64,000 nt of DNA from Candidatus Poribacteria bacterium (lineage in GTDB: Bacteria > Poribacteria > WGA-4E > PCPOR2b), in assembly GCA_965208325.1 (NCBI GenBank), contig OZ242326.1, positions 1,920,001 through 1,984,000 of the forward strand, written 5' to 3'. Each line of letters opens with the position of its first letter. Within the stretch, counting starts at the first letter, position 1. Below the pieces are notes generated by a model. It saw only the letters and a list, made by a program, of their open reading frames with translations. It was not told where the DNA came from and did not search any database. The translations under genes were made by a program, and so were the position numbers. Positions 28,661 through 38,828 of the stretch are shown here, piece by piece.

Positions 28661-29779
28661 ATGAAACCCGATAAAGCACTTGCCACCGCAGCCGCGGCGG
28701 GCGACCTCAAAGCTATGCGCGCTATGCTCGATGAAGATAGCACGCTCGCCGCTAACTGGAAGCCGATAATGGATGCGTGTTACGCCGGACAGGCAGATGC
28801 AGTCGCCCTTTTGCTTGAGCATGGGGCCGATCCGAACGTGAAATCCAAGTCCGCCCACCACTACCGCCCGCTGCACCGCACGGTGGAATACAAGAAGACG
28901 GCACCCAAGCACGACGGCCATCATCAGGTTGTTAAGTTGTTACTTGAAGCGGGCGCCGACCCATTGATGCAGGGCAGTTATACGTTTATTAGCGCGATCG
29001 CCGTTTGTGCTACGGGCGAATCGACCGAATTTTTGCCGGCACTGCTGGACAGTGCGCCACGGCGGTACGACATCTTCCACGCGGCTGTGCTCGGCGACGC
29101 CTCCCGCGTCAACGCTCTTTTGGAGGGTGACCCATCTCTGGCAAAGGCACATCATGAGGGAAGTAAAATTTGGACGAGCGACAAGGGCTGGACGCCGCTG
29201 ACTTACTGCGTCAGTTCCCGCGTGGGAAACGACAGCGAGAAGAAGCGGAAGGGGCTGGCGCAGATTGCGGGGAGTTTGATTGAACACGGCGCCGACCTGA
29301 CCGGCTGCGTCGATCAAGCCATCTACAGAGATAATTCGGAGGTTTTCGAGTTGCTGCTAAAATCCGGGGGTAGATGCGCCGACGACGACACGCTCAACCA
29401 CGCGGCTTGCGACGGGCATTTTGACGCGCTTGAACTGCTGCTGAAGCACGGGGCAGCACTCGACGGCACCCGCGGGACTGATCATCACGGCGGTTACACG
29501 CCCCTGGGATGTACGGTGTCGTGCCGCAGCATTCAGGGCGCCCGATGGTTTTTGGAGAAGGGGCAGGATCCGAACAACATCAAGAGCAAGGATGGTGAAA
29601 ACTGTTTGCATGTGGCGGTGCATTTCGGCGCCAGCGACAAGATGCTGCAGTTGTTGCTTGATTACGGCACGAAGATTGAACAGAAGGACAAACAGGGACG
29701 TACACCGCTTGCGCGCGCACATGAGAAGAAGCACAAGAAGGCGATAAGCTTCTTGGAAGCTGCCGGTGCCACGGCATAA
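28661..29779 (+). CDS. Ankyrin repeat protein
   Basis: LLLEHGADPN, GWTPL, GYTPL, GENCLHVA, GRTPL..A motifs. Confidence 0.88.
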   Translation: MKPDKALATAAAAGDLKAMRAMLDEDSTLAANWKPIMDACYAGQADAVALLLEHGADPNVKSKSAHHYRPLHRTVEYKKTAPKHDGHHQVVKLLLEAGADPLMQGSYTFISAIAVCATGESTEFLPALLDSAPRRYDIFHAAVLGDASRVNALLEGDPSLAKAHHEGSKIWTSDKGWTPLTYCVSSRVGNDSEKKRKGLAQIAGSLIEHGADLTGCVDQAIYRDNSEVFELLLKSGGRCADDDTLNHAACDGHFDALELLLKHGAALDGTRGTDHHGGYTPLGCTVSCRSIQGARWFLEKGQDPNNIKSKDGENCLHVAVHFGASDKMLQLLLDYGTKIEQKDKQGRTPLARAHEKKHKKAISFLEAAGATA

Positions 29780-29875
29780 GCAGCCAGGAATCATCGTTAA
29801 CCATCGGCATGGCGTAATACCGGGACGCGGTTGCAGGATTTTTGATGCAAATTCCCGCCGGCGGATACTTTTCGC

Positions 29876-29904
29876 TTGACAACTATGTGTGCGTGTAGTA
29901 TATT
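29876..29904 (+). promoter_or_regulatory. sigma70-like promoter, probably giving a leaderless transcript
   Basis: TTGACA-17 nt-TATATT; ATG 29912 follows 7 nt after the -10 box, with no clear SD. Confidence 0.55.
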
Positions 29905-29911
29905 TTAGGGT

Positions 29912-30697
29912 ATGCCACACGCCCATTTAAATATAGAAGAGCACGCGGCGCGTTCGGTGTTGATGCCGCAAGACGGTATCCCGGTCAAAGGATACACCCT
30001 CAATCCGTACATCGGCTGCGGGATGGGGTGCGCCTATTGCTATGTGATGAAGTACCACTATGCGCGCGAGCATCCTCTGCCATGGGGGACTTGGGTCAAG
30101 CCGAAGGTGAACGCACCGTTTCTGATTGGGAAGGCGCGCGCGAAAATTTGGGGGCGCCGGATATTCGTGGGGTCAGCTACAGATCCGTACCAATACATTG
30201 AACGGCAATACCGGCTCACGCGGCGCTGTTTGAAAATAGTGTTGGAAAGCAACCCGAAAAGCGTGGTCGTGCACACGCGTAGTCCGCTCATCTTGGACGA
30301 CCTTGAGCTACTGCAGGCGTTTGGCACCCGCTTGCGTGTGGGCTTTTCCGTACCGACCGATGACGATAGGGTGCGGCGTAAACTTGAGCCGCATGCACCG
30401 CGGATTGGGGTTCGGTTGAGAACAATGCGCCGCCTCAGAGAAGCGGGTATTTACGTCATGGCGTCCTTGACACCGCTGCTCCACTGCAGCAGCCCGACCC
30501 GCTTCGCTCAACTCCTCAAAGATGCCGCGGACGGCGTCTATACCGGGTCAATCCGCTACTTGGATAAAACAGGCATACAGCAGATGGAACGCGCCAAAGC
30601 GTACTTCGGCAGCACCGAGTACGAGGAACTGATTGAAGAGATGAACCGATGTTTGGCGTCGGTTGGGCTGCTGAAAGATTGTCACAGCGAAGAGTAG
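29912..30697 (+). CDS. Radical SAM protein, SplB/Rv2578c-like (DNA repair-associated)
   Basis: LNPYIGCGMGCAYCY (CxxxCxxC), GSATDPYQ.IE..Y.LTR..L, TRSPLIL.D, LEP.AP....RL. Confidence 0.85.
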   Translation: MPHAHLNIEEHAARSVLMPQDGIPVKGYTLNPYIGCGMGCAYCYVMKYHYAREHPLPWGTWVKPKVNAPFLIGKARAKIWGRRIFVGSATDPYQYIERQYRLTRRCLKIVLESNPKSVVVHTRSPLILDDLELLQAFGTRLRVGFSVPTDDDRVRRKLEPHAPRIGVRLRTMRRLREAGIYVMASLTPLLHCSSPTRFAQLLKDAADGVYTGSIRYLDKTGIQQMERAKAYFGSTEYEELIEEMNRCLASVGLLKDCHSEE

Positions 30698-30869
30698 GAT
30701 ACGGCGAGGCGAATACCGTTCAGCCCATTTTTTCAAGGGGCTCAAACGAGATACATCTGTGAATCAACCTCGACGTTTTTAGCCGACACGCGGGCGTGGG
30801 TGGTCGGGAAACCGGGCAAGGGTGTTGGGGCAGGTGTGGGTGATTTGGGAAGCCGTGGGCTTAATGGAG

Positions 30870-31337
30870 CTAAAGAGCCTTTTCCAAACTCACTCCACAT
30901 CTGATTAAGCGCACAAGTTCGCGTTGTTGTCGGAATTTAACTCTATGTCTTTTGTCCCTGAAAGCATCTCGTTCTGCCCGTTTGAGTTCTCCGCCGTAGG
31001 CAGCCACGGGTCGAAACGCAAGGTTTTCATTCTTAGGAATGATTCGTTCCGCGATGATTGCCCCCGCTTTGAGTTGTGGTAAAATCTCGCTTGCGTTAGC
31101 ATTGCCTTTCTTCAATTCTAATGGCACAACCCAGTTTTCGCTGTTGCACTCACCAATGAAAAGAAAGTCGCAACGTGTCCCGTCTTGCGGCGCCGGAGAT
31201 TTGGAGTGGTCCATATCAATTACGATGAACTGACGATTGCTGTTAGGAAGATGTACGCTACACCCCTTCTTTCGGCACTTCGTCGTTAGACATTCCTCCG
31301 ATACCTTCGCGCGGACAGCTTCTGAGAGATTGCTCAT
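30870..31337 (-). CDS. Small PD-(D/E)XK-like protein, partner of the ATPase at 31334..32833
   Basis: 4-nt overlap with the ATPase; RCDFLFI...VVPLELKKG...PQL; extra Cys-rich N-terminus. Confidence 0.55.
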   Translation of the reverse strand: MSNLSEAVRAKVSEECLTTKCRKKGCSVHLPNSNRQFIVIDMDHSKSPAPQDGTRCDFLFIGECNSENWVVPLELKKGNANASEILPQLKAGAIIAERIIPKNENLAFRPVAAYGGELKRAERDAFRDKRHRVKFRQQRELVRLIRCGVSLEKAL

Positions 31338-32833
31338 TTGTCCCCGCCCTTATTCGTCCGACCGGATATATCAGCCCACCGGTTATAGACATCAACAGCA
31401 ACCTTTTCATAACCAGCACTGAAGGTTCCCGATTCACAATTGAGCGGGATTTCCTGCACAACCGACCCCTTTGGGCGTTTCTTGGGTTGAAACAGCCATG
31501 CACCGACCTCGTCTGCACGAAGGGCAATGCCGCTGCCAGTGATTGTCCGTCTGTCAGATTCGGTAAGATTGGAGGCTTGTACCAGATTGGCGAGTTCTTC
31601 TAGCACCCATTCGCTATGCGTGGTCATGATGATGCGGACGCCAGCCCGGACGGCAGCCGCCAGAATGCGCGTGAGTGTGACCTGCATTTCAGGGTGTAGG
31701 TGAGCCTCTGGCTCCTCTATAATGAGCGTATCGCCGCGATCAACGGTGCTGCGGAGAAATAGTACAACGGGCGCAAGTTCTGAGACCATGGAAGAAGCGC
31801 GGGACAATGGAATGATTTCCTCAGTTTTCCGCGGCTGGTACACGAATTCCGGATATCCGCCTGGAAATGCTCTCCTAACTAGTATTTCACCGGCAAGTAC
31901 GTCCCGTTCAAGAGCATCAGCAAGATTTTTCATGATATCGCCGCGCCGTTCGTTCTCTTTGTAAAGGATGAGTCGCTGCATGAAATCTGCCATTCCTCCT
32001 GAAAACGTCGGGAGTTCCGGAAAACGCTCCAACCCGGCACGGGTGGCGCGATCTAGGAGGGAGCTGGAGATGACGGCGTGGCTTTGCATTATGCCGCTTC
32101 GGGCTGCCGGCAGGTAATACGCTTCTGTCCGTTTGCCAGCGGCGGCGTACAAGAGCGCATCATAAAACTCCACAGCCATTGATTCGTGCTCGCGTGGGGA
32201 GTAGGGGCTCCATCGTCTTGTGATTACCTCTTGTAAACGTTCATTCGCCGCAGATTCCGGCGGAAAAAGCACCATTTCCTGGATTCGTCCATCTACGGTG
32301 ATACCCGATTTTGAGATTCCCATGTTGAAATGCCAGAGATTTTGACCTTCCTCACGGACATGCAGCGAAAGTTTCATGTCATCGGTGCCCCCAGCCAAAC
32401 GAACCAGGCCGGAAACAGACTCGAGATCGAAGCAACGTTTGAGTTCGGTCTTGAGAAGTCCGCTCAAACCGTCGGGCTCCATGAGGCAAGCCTGCCACAC
32501 GTTACGGACTCCTTCCGGCAAATCCGATAACCTCAAGGCTCGTGCGTCGGTTTGTAATTTTTTGAGAACATCTTGGAAGCCGTCCCTATCGCTGTGGATT
32601 CGCCAATTTATGATAGGAAGCCTTGCGAATCCAAACACGAGCTGGCGAGACAACGCGTAAATCAGCGTGGCGAAATAGGTTTTTCCAGTGTTGCTCGGGC
32701 CGACGAATACGGTCAACGGCCGGAGATCGACGGTGCCACTTGCGATCGGCCCGAAATTACTTACCGAAATCTGGACGTTAGGGCGTGTCGAAATCTGATT
32801 ATCCGCGGCATCGGGGCCGGTCTGTTTATTCAT
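31334..32833 (-). CDS. ABC-type (AAA_15/AAA_21-like) ATPase
   Basis: SNFGPI, GPSNTGKT, YLPAARSG, ASSMVSEL, IIEEPEAHLHP, MTTHSE; ATG 32833 preferred. Confidence 0.85.
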   Translation of the reverse strand: MNKQTGPDAADNQISTRPNVQISVSNFGPIASGTVDLRPLTVFVGPSNTGKTYFATLIYALSRQLVFGFARLPIINWRIHSDRDGFQDVLKKLQTDARALRLSDLPEGVRNVWQACLMEPDGLSGLLKTELKRCFDLESVSGLVRLAGGTDDMKLSLHVREEGQNLWHFNMGISKSGITVDGRIQEMVLFPPESAANERLQEVITRRWSPYSPREHESMAVEFYDALLYAAAGKRTEAYYLPAARSGIMQSHAVISSSLLDRATRAGLERFPELPTFSGGMADFMQRLILYKENERRGDIMKNLADALERDVLAGEILVRRAFPGGYPEFVYQPRKTEEIIPLSRASSMVSELAPVVLFLRSTVDRGDTLIIEEPEAHLHPEMQVTLTRILAAAVRAGVRIIMTTHSEWVLEELANLVQASNLTESDRRTITGSGIALRADEVGAWLFQPKKRPKGSVVQEIPLNCESGTFSAGYEKVAVDVYNRWADISGRTNKGGDK

Positions 32834-32897
32834 AGCGAGTCTCCAATTTTCGGCCAAAATCTCAGTTGTAACACGTTCAATTGATGCCAGTAATATT

Positions 32898-32970
32898 CTG
32901 TCGCCCCGCTGGGGCTAAATGTTGATATGTTACTATGAATTCTATATACCTGCCGCCCCTCCGGGGCTTT
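32898..32970 (+). repeat. Two family F REP-like palindromes
   Basis: ctgtcgccccgctggggct and ctatatacctgccgcccctccggggct. Confidence 0.65.
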
Positions 32971-33208
32971 TGATGTAAAGTGAATTGAGGAGTCCATGTG
33001 CTTCCCCCGGTTTGCGGATTCAGGTGCCGGGCGGCCGTGGAAGCCTAGGTTGTAAGCCGATAGCTTGTTTTTCAGGTTCGCGACGTACAGTCATGTGGAT
33101 TGTGCCACGCAATTAACACGATTGGAAGGTCGTGATTCGGAGATCGCTCTTACAGTGCAGAGGGACGTGTGACGTAACCTGTGTCCAGAGGACAGTGGTC
33201 GTTCGATA

Positions 33209-34606
33209 TTATTTTGCGACGATTACGGTGCCGGTTTTGAAGCTTTCGCCGACCTGCATTTGGTAAACGTAAACGCCGCTTTCGACGAGATTGCCATCCT
33301 CGTCTTCGCCGTTCCATTCTAGCTCGCGCGCGCCCGCATCTCCTATCAACTCTTTGACAAGCACGCCGTTGATGTTGAAAATCAGGACCGTGAATTCTCC
33401 TTCAGCATCTTCAATTGCGCGCGCGGGAAACACAACACGGTTGTAGTCGGCATTGCTCGAAAGCGGGGTAAAAGGATTGGGAAAGGGTTCGCCGAGAATT
33501 CTAAGCGTTTGAGCGGTTTGTTCTGACCTGTTACCGGCTTCGTCAATTGCTTCGACAGCGTAGATAAAAACGCCCACGCCGAGTGCGCGCCGGTCGATAA
33601 ATTCCAACGGCTGATCGGCGGGGATTTTTCCACCACTACCGGTCTCGTCCATCATAGGGGTCAACGGTTCGCCTAACCGCCCAAAAAAGAGTCCGTATTC
33701 CGCAACATCGCGAGTGGGACTACTCTCCCACGTCACCTCAATCCTGCCGCCGACTGTATTAATTGCGACGCCCGCGGGCGGTCGCGGCGCGGCAGTATCC
33801 GGGTGAACGTCAACGAAGATTGGCTCAGAACGGGTGGATTGCAATAGCGGTGTCTTGTAGGCTGAAATTGAGTAACTGTGCGTTCCCGGAGGAACATTCA
33901 CATCTTGAAAAACGGTCGCAGACGGCGTTTCGACATTGATTGGCGGATCAGCGTCACGATAAATGAAATAGCCGTTGACATCCGAGTCAGCCGACTTGTG
34001 CCATTTAATGATTACGTCGTTTTCGCCAGTGGGCTCCGTCTCCACTGTAAACCCTTGTACGGGGGCCGGGGGTACGTTGGGAATAACCAGTAGGGAAAAG
34101 TCATTATTGTTTGATTTGCCGTCTACATTGCCCGGTTTGATAGCTTCGCCGATTGGGCGGTCTTCCTTATTTCTGAGCCGCACGTTAAAATTTACCGCGC
34201 CCGTGGTTTCCGGGGTTCGGCTGTCGAAAACAATTTCGTAATATGCGTTACTCAAATCCGCAATGGGATTGGTGAGAACAATTCGCAGGATATTCCCTGT
34301 GATTTCCGGCACAGCTGCAATTGGCTCGCCGTCTCGCGCCACGAATCGAAAATTCGTCTGCCAGAACATCTGCGCTTGTGCCAACCTGATTTCCATAGTT
34401 CTGATGTCTTCTGTGCCGGGTTCTGCGAGCGACCGATCGATGGTAAGGGCTACAATTAACGTCACCGTGGAACTTGCGGGTGCACGCCCTTGATTGTCTC
34501 CTTCAACGTTTATTTCGCCTCTGGAGTCTACGGCAGCGTTAGCGCTAAGCGCCGCACACAGAAGAAACAAGGTAATTATTCCGATGGTGAAATGGCGTTT
34601 TGTCAC
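33209..34606 (-). CDS. Secreted fibronectin type III protein with C-terminal FlgD-Ig-like (T9SS-like) domain
   Basis: Signal peptide; two FN3-like repeats (W..S.D.DV.GY..Y, Y.V.A.D.AGN.S); PNPFTP...IFNING.LV..L...WNG.DE.G..V.SGVY.Y. Confidence 0.75.
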   Translation of the reverse strand: MTKRHFTIGIITLFLLCAALSANAAVDSRGEINVEGDNQGRAPASSTVTLIVALTIDRSLAEPGTEDIRTMEIRLAQAQMFWQTNFRFVARDGEPIAAVPEITGNILRIVLTNPIADLSNAYYEIVFDSRTPETTGAVNFNVRLRNKEDRPIGEAIKPGNVDGKSNNNDFSLLVIPNVPPAPVQGFTVETEPTGENDVIIKWHKSADSDVNGYFIYRDADPPINVETPSATVFQDVNVPPGTHSYSISAYKTPLLQSTRSEPIFVDVHPDTAAPRPPAGVAINTVGGRIEVTWESSPTRDVAEYGLFFGRLGEPLTPMMDETGSGGKIPADQPLEFIDRRALGVGVFIYAVEAIDEAGNRSEQTAQTLRILGEPFPNPFTPLSSNADYNRVVFPARAIEDAEGEFTVLIFNINGVLVKELIGDAGARELEWNGEDEDGNLVESGVYVYQMQVGESFKTGTVIVAK

Positions 34607-34622
34607 GTTTTCCCCCTTTTAC

Positions 34623-35576
34623 CTAAAACATCACATTTAGTGAAATGCGCTGCGTCGTGTTGTTCTCAAGATTGCCAGTGAGAATCTGGAAAGCGTAGTC
34701 CAGTTGCAGGCTGAACTCCGAAATGGGAATTCTAGCGCTCCCGCCGACTACGACAGCGCCCGCGCTATTCACACCGCTTGACACCGCATAGCCGCCGCGA
34801 ACGCCTATGGATTGATTGAACCACACTTCCGCACCGGCGTGAATCTGACGATTTCCATCTCGAATACTAATGTCGAGGAGCCCGACGCTGGATTTTAGCG
34901 CTTCACGTAAGGATTCCTGCGCAATGGTCTCTGCAATCGCCTCAAGGCTGTACGCGAATCCGGTGCGCATATTGACAGGAATTTTATCCTCATGTGCCTC
35001 AGAGACGCTTATATCCGCCGGAAGCAGGTTTTCCACCGAAAGCCCCCAACTGAAGCCTAGCACCGGCTTTGCTAGCAAACCGACATCAAATGAAAAAGCA
35101 GAAGCATCGGTTTTCTCGGCAAAATACGGATTGGCGCGAACGGATTCATTTTCTTCATCGAAGTGAGTCCCCAGAGATTTGAAGTTTACGCCAAACGCAA
35201 ATTTCTGTAAGAACGATTTGCCGTAAGAGAGTTTTATAGTCTGTTCATCATAAACTTGAGATTCTTCGCTGAGAATACCGATGCTTAATCCTAGTGTGCC
35301 GGCGGCTGCGAGCGGCAATATGCCGCCGATGTAGTCGTAACGGACAAGTCCTTGGAACCGCTGCGCATACGTCGCACTTAACTGGTATTCATCAATATAG
35401 CCTAGTCCCGCAGCGTTATAATGTGCTGCATTGCCGTCGTCCGCCATGGCTACGAATGCGCCGCCCAACCCCAGCGGGCGTGCTCCCATGCCGATATCGT
35501 TGAATGCAGCGAACGCTAAACCGCCGGGTACAAATAAAACCGCAATTGCGGAGATGACGAGTTTCCATTTTATCAT
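34623..35576 (-). CDS. PorV/PorQ-like outer-membrane beta-barrel protein
   Basis: Signal peptide, GMGARPLGLGGAFVAMADD..A..YN.AGL, LDYA, terminal Phe. Confidence 0.7.
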   Translation of the reverse strand: MIKWKLVISAIAVLFVPGGLAFAAFNDIGMGARPLGLGGAFVAMADDGNAAHYNAAGLGYIDEYQLSATYAQRFQGLVRYDYIGGILPLAAAGTLGLSIGILSEESQVYDEQTIKLSYGKSFLQKFAFGVNFKSLGTHFDEENESVRANPYFAEKTDASAFSFDVGLLAKPVLGFSWGLSVENLLPADISVSEAHEDKIPVNMRTGFAYSLEAIAETIAQESLREALKSSVGLLDISIRDGNRQIHAGAEVWFNQSIGVRGGYAVSSGVNSAGAVVVGGSARIPISEFSLQLDYAFQILTGNLENNTTQRISLNVMF

Positions 35577-35782
35577 ATTTTTTCCCTTTTAATGTCTTTT
35601 GTGTAAAGCCGAATACCGATAAAACGCGTTGGAAACGTGAATGACGCGTTAAAGGTTAATGCGCATCTTTCCTGGTTAATTCAATGTTGATGTGTTGCCA
35701 TGATTTCTATACGCCCAAAAAATGTCTATTGCGCTCACAATTTGGGCGCTTATTCCCATAGTATACGTTAATCCGGTATTGG

Positions 35783-35845
35783 GCGCGGCAAGATGCCGCG
35801 CATACAAGATCTGACGTTTGTGCGCGGCAAGATGCCGCGCCTACA
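35783..35845 (-). repeat. Family A REPs (GTAG-GCGCGGCA-TCT-TGCCGCGC) at the 3' side of RAYT
   Basis: Two copies of gcgcggcaagatgccgcgc(c/a)tac. Confidence 0.85.
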
Positions 35846-35856
35846 GGCCACGCGGT

Positions 35857-36342
35857 CTACTCCAGCTCAAATTTACACCACCAATACGGATAATCCTTTG
35901 CCAATTTGACTAGGCCATTCCGCACCGGGTTGTCATAACAATACCGTATAGTGTCATTCAACGCACCCTCATCCCGAACGGCATGGTCATAATACCCCTT
36001 TTGCCATACGGAACCAGCTTCATCAAGCAGCGCGTTAATCTTCTTCGCTGTGAAACTCTTGAAGGTATGCATGATGCGTGCTAGCGCTTGGTTGCACCCC
36101 AGTTGAACCACCGCATGAATATGGTCAGGCATTATTATAATACATATCCGCTTGATGCGTCCCTCGTTTTCAAGCCATTGGAACGCATCGAAAACGATTT
36201 GTGCGGCGTGGGAGCTCGAGAGTAAACGTCGTCGTTTGAATGTGACGGTTGTCAAAAAGTAATATGCGCCCGATATCGTGTGTCGGCCTTTGCGCAATTG
36301 AGGGTTTTTTCGATTTGGGATTGCGGTTATGGTAGTTGCCAT
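35857..36342 (-). mobile_element. rayT: REP-associated tyrosine transposase (RAYT/TnpA-REP, HUH Y1 family)
   Basis: LRKGRH...YYFLT, IMPDHIH (HUH), FKSFTA..IN, VWQKGYYDHAVRDE, YCYDNPV, DYPY; flanked by GTAG REPs on both sides; ATG 36342. Confidence 0.88.
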
Positions 36343-36363
36343 TGAATTATGTGTCGGGTCATT

Positions 36364-36427
36364 GCGCGGCAAGATGCCGCGCCTACGGAACGTGGTGGTG
36401 TACGCGGGGCAAGATGCCACGCCTACA
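36364..36427 (-). repeat. Family A REPs at the 5' side of RAYT
   Basis: gcgcggcaagatgccgcgcctac and gcggggcaagatgccacgcctac. Confidence 0.85.
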
Positions 36428-36538
36428 AGGCTGAGGTTTGTGCTGATAAAACGCGTTGGAATCGTGAATGACGCGTTTAAAGTATATATTTTGTTGCACG
36501 ATTGGGACAGTCCTTTCGTTTCAGAAATCGAAAAAATG

Positions 36539-36568
36539 TTGACATGTACCGCAGGAGGTTTATAAAAT
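36539..36568 (+). promoter_or_regulatory. sigma70-like promoter upstream of the BNR propeller gene
   Basis: TTGACA at 36539 with TATAAAAT at 36561-36568. Confidence 0.45.
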
Positions 36569-36676
36569 AACGGCAGTTGTCGGTCTGGAATCCTCAGCCT
36601 TGAATTTTATACGCAAACCGATTGTTTATTCAAAGGGTCAGCATAGCAAGGTTGTTGGCGACAAAAAGGATTTCGC

Positions 36677-37642
36677 ATGATATTAATCAGCACACAAAAC
36701 GGTATCTACGGCTGGGATGAATCCAGCCAAACTCTTAGCCGCTATGCCCTAGAAGGCAAGGACATCCGCCAAGTTGCCGCTACGCTCGACGGAACGCTAA
36801 TTGCTTACGATGCCGAAGGGGCGATCTGGACTAGCAGCAACCGGGGAAAATCCTGGGATCGAATTGCGGACTCCCCTATAAACGAGGAGATTACCGTGCT
36901 CTTCGTTCACCCGATCGACGACGACATTTATTTTGGTACGGAACCGCCCAAGATCTACCGTTACAACTGTACCGATCAAGACTGGGAATTAGTAACAGAT
37001 TTACGGACGCTCGAAACCTCTAAATCTTGGTACACCCCTTGGGGCGGTCCACCCGCCGTGCGGAGCGCCGCGCCAGCGTACAGGGATGGACTCTACCTAA
37101 ATATTCACGTTGGCGGTGTTTTGCGAACTCTGGACCGCGGCGCAACGTGGCAACCGACAAATGACGGGCTCGAATTAGACGTTCATGAAGTTGCTACGTG
37201 CCGTGAACGTGAGCATGCACTATACACGGCGACTGCAGACGGCTTTTATCTGAGCGAGGATGGCGGTGCATCGTGGAAAGCACGCAATAATGGATTAGCG
37301 ATCCGCTATTCACGCGGCATTGCCATCCACCCAGACCAACCGGAGACCATCCTCATTAGCGGCTCGCCAACATCTCCGTGGGGTTGGCGCACCCATGGGA
37401 AACGGTTTTCCCTTTTCCGCAGCACTGATGACGGAGCACATTGGAAGCAAGTGTCCCACGGGTTTCCCGAAGAGAGCGATTCGGAAATCGACACGCACGG
37501 CATCGCATTCTCCCGAGAAAGTTCCGACCAGGTTCTGTGCGGTGTTCGCTCAGGCGAACTCTATGCTAGCAGCGACGCAGGTGAGTCTTGGTCAACTGTA
37601 GCTGCCAACCTGCCCTCCATACGGAGTTTATCCGCCCTTTAA
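36677..37642 (+). CDS. BNR/Asp-box beta-propeller protein (WD40/YVTN-like)
   Basis: Asp-boxes SSNRGKSW, TLDRGATW, SEDGGASW, STDDGAHW, SSDAGESW. Confidence 0.85.
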   Translation: MILISTQNGIYGWDESSQTLSRYALEGKDIRQVAATLDGTLIAYDAEGAIWTSSNRGKSWDRIADSPINEEITVLFVHPIDDDIYFGTEPPKIYRYNCTDQDWELVTDLRTLETSKSWYTPWGGPPAVRSAAPAYRDGLYLNIHVGGVLRTLDRGATWQPTNDGLELDVHEVATCREREHALYTATADGFYLSEDGGASWKARNNGLAIRYSRGIAIHPDQPETILISGSPTSPWGWRTHGKRFSLFRSTDDGAHWKQVSHGFPEESDSEIDTHGIAFSRESSDQVLCGVRSGELYASSDAGESWSTVAANLPSIRSLSAL

Positions 37643-38802
37643 GAAAAACCCTCATTTCCATCGCGCAATTTCAATCCTACGGCGACCATTCGCCCGGCGC
37701 GTTCGGCTGCGTCGGCAATTAGCGCGGCGGCGTTATTGATTGCATCATCCAAAGTCATTGGTTCAGGTACAATGTCAATTACCGCATCAATACCTGCGCC
37801 GTAAATCCCATGAGCGTCCGCGGAAATGCTGCCGGCAATTGCAATGACGGGAATGTTGCGCGTCTTCGCAAGGGCTGCGACGCCAACCGGTGTCTTGCCA
37901 AAAACCGTTTGAAAGTTAATCTGTCCTTCCCCGGTTATGACGAGATTAGCACCTTCGATTATTTGCTCAAGATGAGTGGCTTCCATGACTATCTCAACAC
38001 CGGATTTTAACTTACCATTAAGGAAAGCGAGCAATGCTGCGCCTAAGCCGCCGGCTGCCCCGGCGCCGGGGATGTTCCCGACGGATTTTCCAAGGCCGCG
38101 CTGCAAAATCTTATCGAAATGCGCTAGGTTTGTATCTAACAGTTCAATCATTTCATGGGTTGCACCTTTCTGGTGCCCATAAACACGAGACGCACCCTGT
38201 ACGCCCGTTAAAGGGTTGTTAACGTCACAAGCGACGATAGTTTCTGTTTCAGCGAGGCGTGGATCCAATCCAGAAATATCTATTGTTGCGAGATTGCCTA
38301 AACCGCCGCCTCCCCATTCTACTTGTTTTCCGCTAGCCGCCAGCAGTTTGGCGCCAAGTGCTTGTGCCATACCGGCACCGCCATCGTTCGTGGCGCTTCC
38401 GCCGATTCCGATAATCAACTTGCGGCATCCGCGATTCAAAGCTGCTTGGATGAGTTGTCCCGTGCCGTACGTCGTTGTAACGAGGGGATTGCGTTTATCG
38501 GGCGGTACGAGTGTTAAACCGGAGGCTGCCGCCATTTCGATGACGGCAGTTTTTCCGTCACCGAGGGCGCCGTAACCTGCGTCAATTTCTACTCCGAGCG
38601 GATTGAGCACCTGCTCAGTGATGATTTCACCTCCCGTTGCGTCAACGAGAGATTGCACCGTGCCTTCACCGCCGTCCGCCATGGGGATTTTTTCAATCTC
38701 GACGTTAGGGAAGACGCGGCGCAGTCCAATTTCCATTGCGTCCGCGGCGCGCAGCGCAGTCATGCTCCCCTTGAATGAGTCGGGCGCGATGACGATTTTC
38801 AT
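37639..38802 (-). CDS. glxK: Glycerate kinase (GlxK/GarK family)
   Basis: MKIVIAPDSFKGS, PMADGGEGT, IGGSATNDGGAG, GAGAAGGLG, LVITGEG. Confidence 0.93.
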   Translation of the reverse strand: MKIVIAPDSFKGSMTALRAADAMEIGLRRVFPNVEIEKIPMADGGEGTVQSLVDATGGEIITEQVLNPLGVEIDAGYGALGDGKTAVIEMAAASGLTLVPPDKRNPLVTTTYGTGQLIQAALNRGCRKLIIGIGGSATNDGGAGMAQALGAKLLAASGKQVEWGGGGLGNLATIDISGLDPRLAETETIVACDVNNPLTGVQGASRVYGHQKGATHEMIELLDTNLAHFDKILQRGLGKSVGNIPGAGAAGGLGAALLAFLNGKLKSGVEIVMEATHLEQIIEGANLVITGEGQINFQTVFGKTPVGVAALAKTRNIPVIAIAGSISADAHGIYGAGIDAVIDIVPEPMTLDDAINNAAALIADAAERAGRMVAVGLKLRDGNEGFS

Positions 38803-38828
38803 TGATTTTCTCCAATTGACAGTCACAC

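Noticed and set aside
2300..33000. Prophage or integrative element boundaries for the island
   Set aside because: No integrase, tRNA, att-like direct repeat or phage structural gene was recognised.
35857..36342. IS200/IS605 insertion sequence with TnpB
   Set aside because: No tnpB is present, and the motifs and flanking GTAG REPs fit RAYT.
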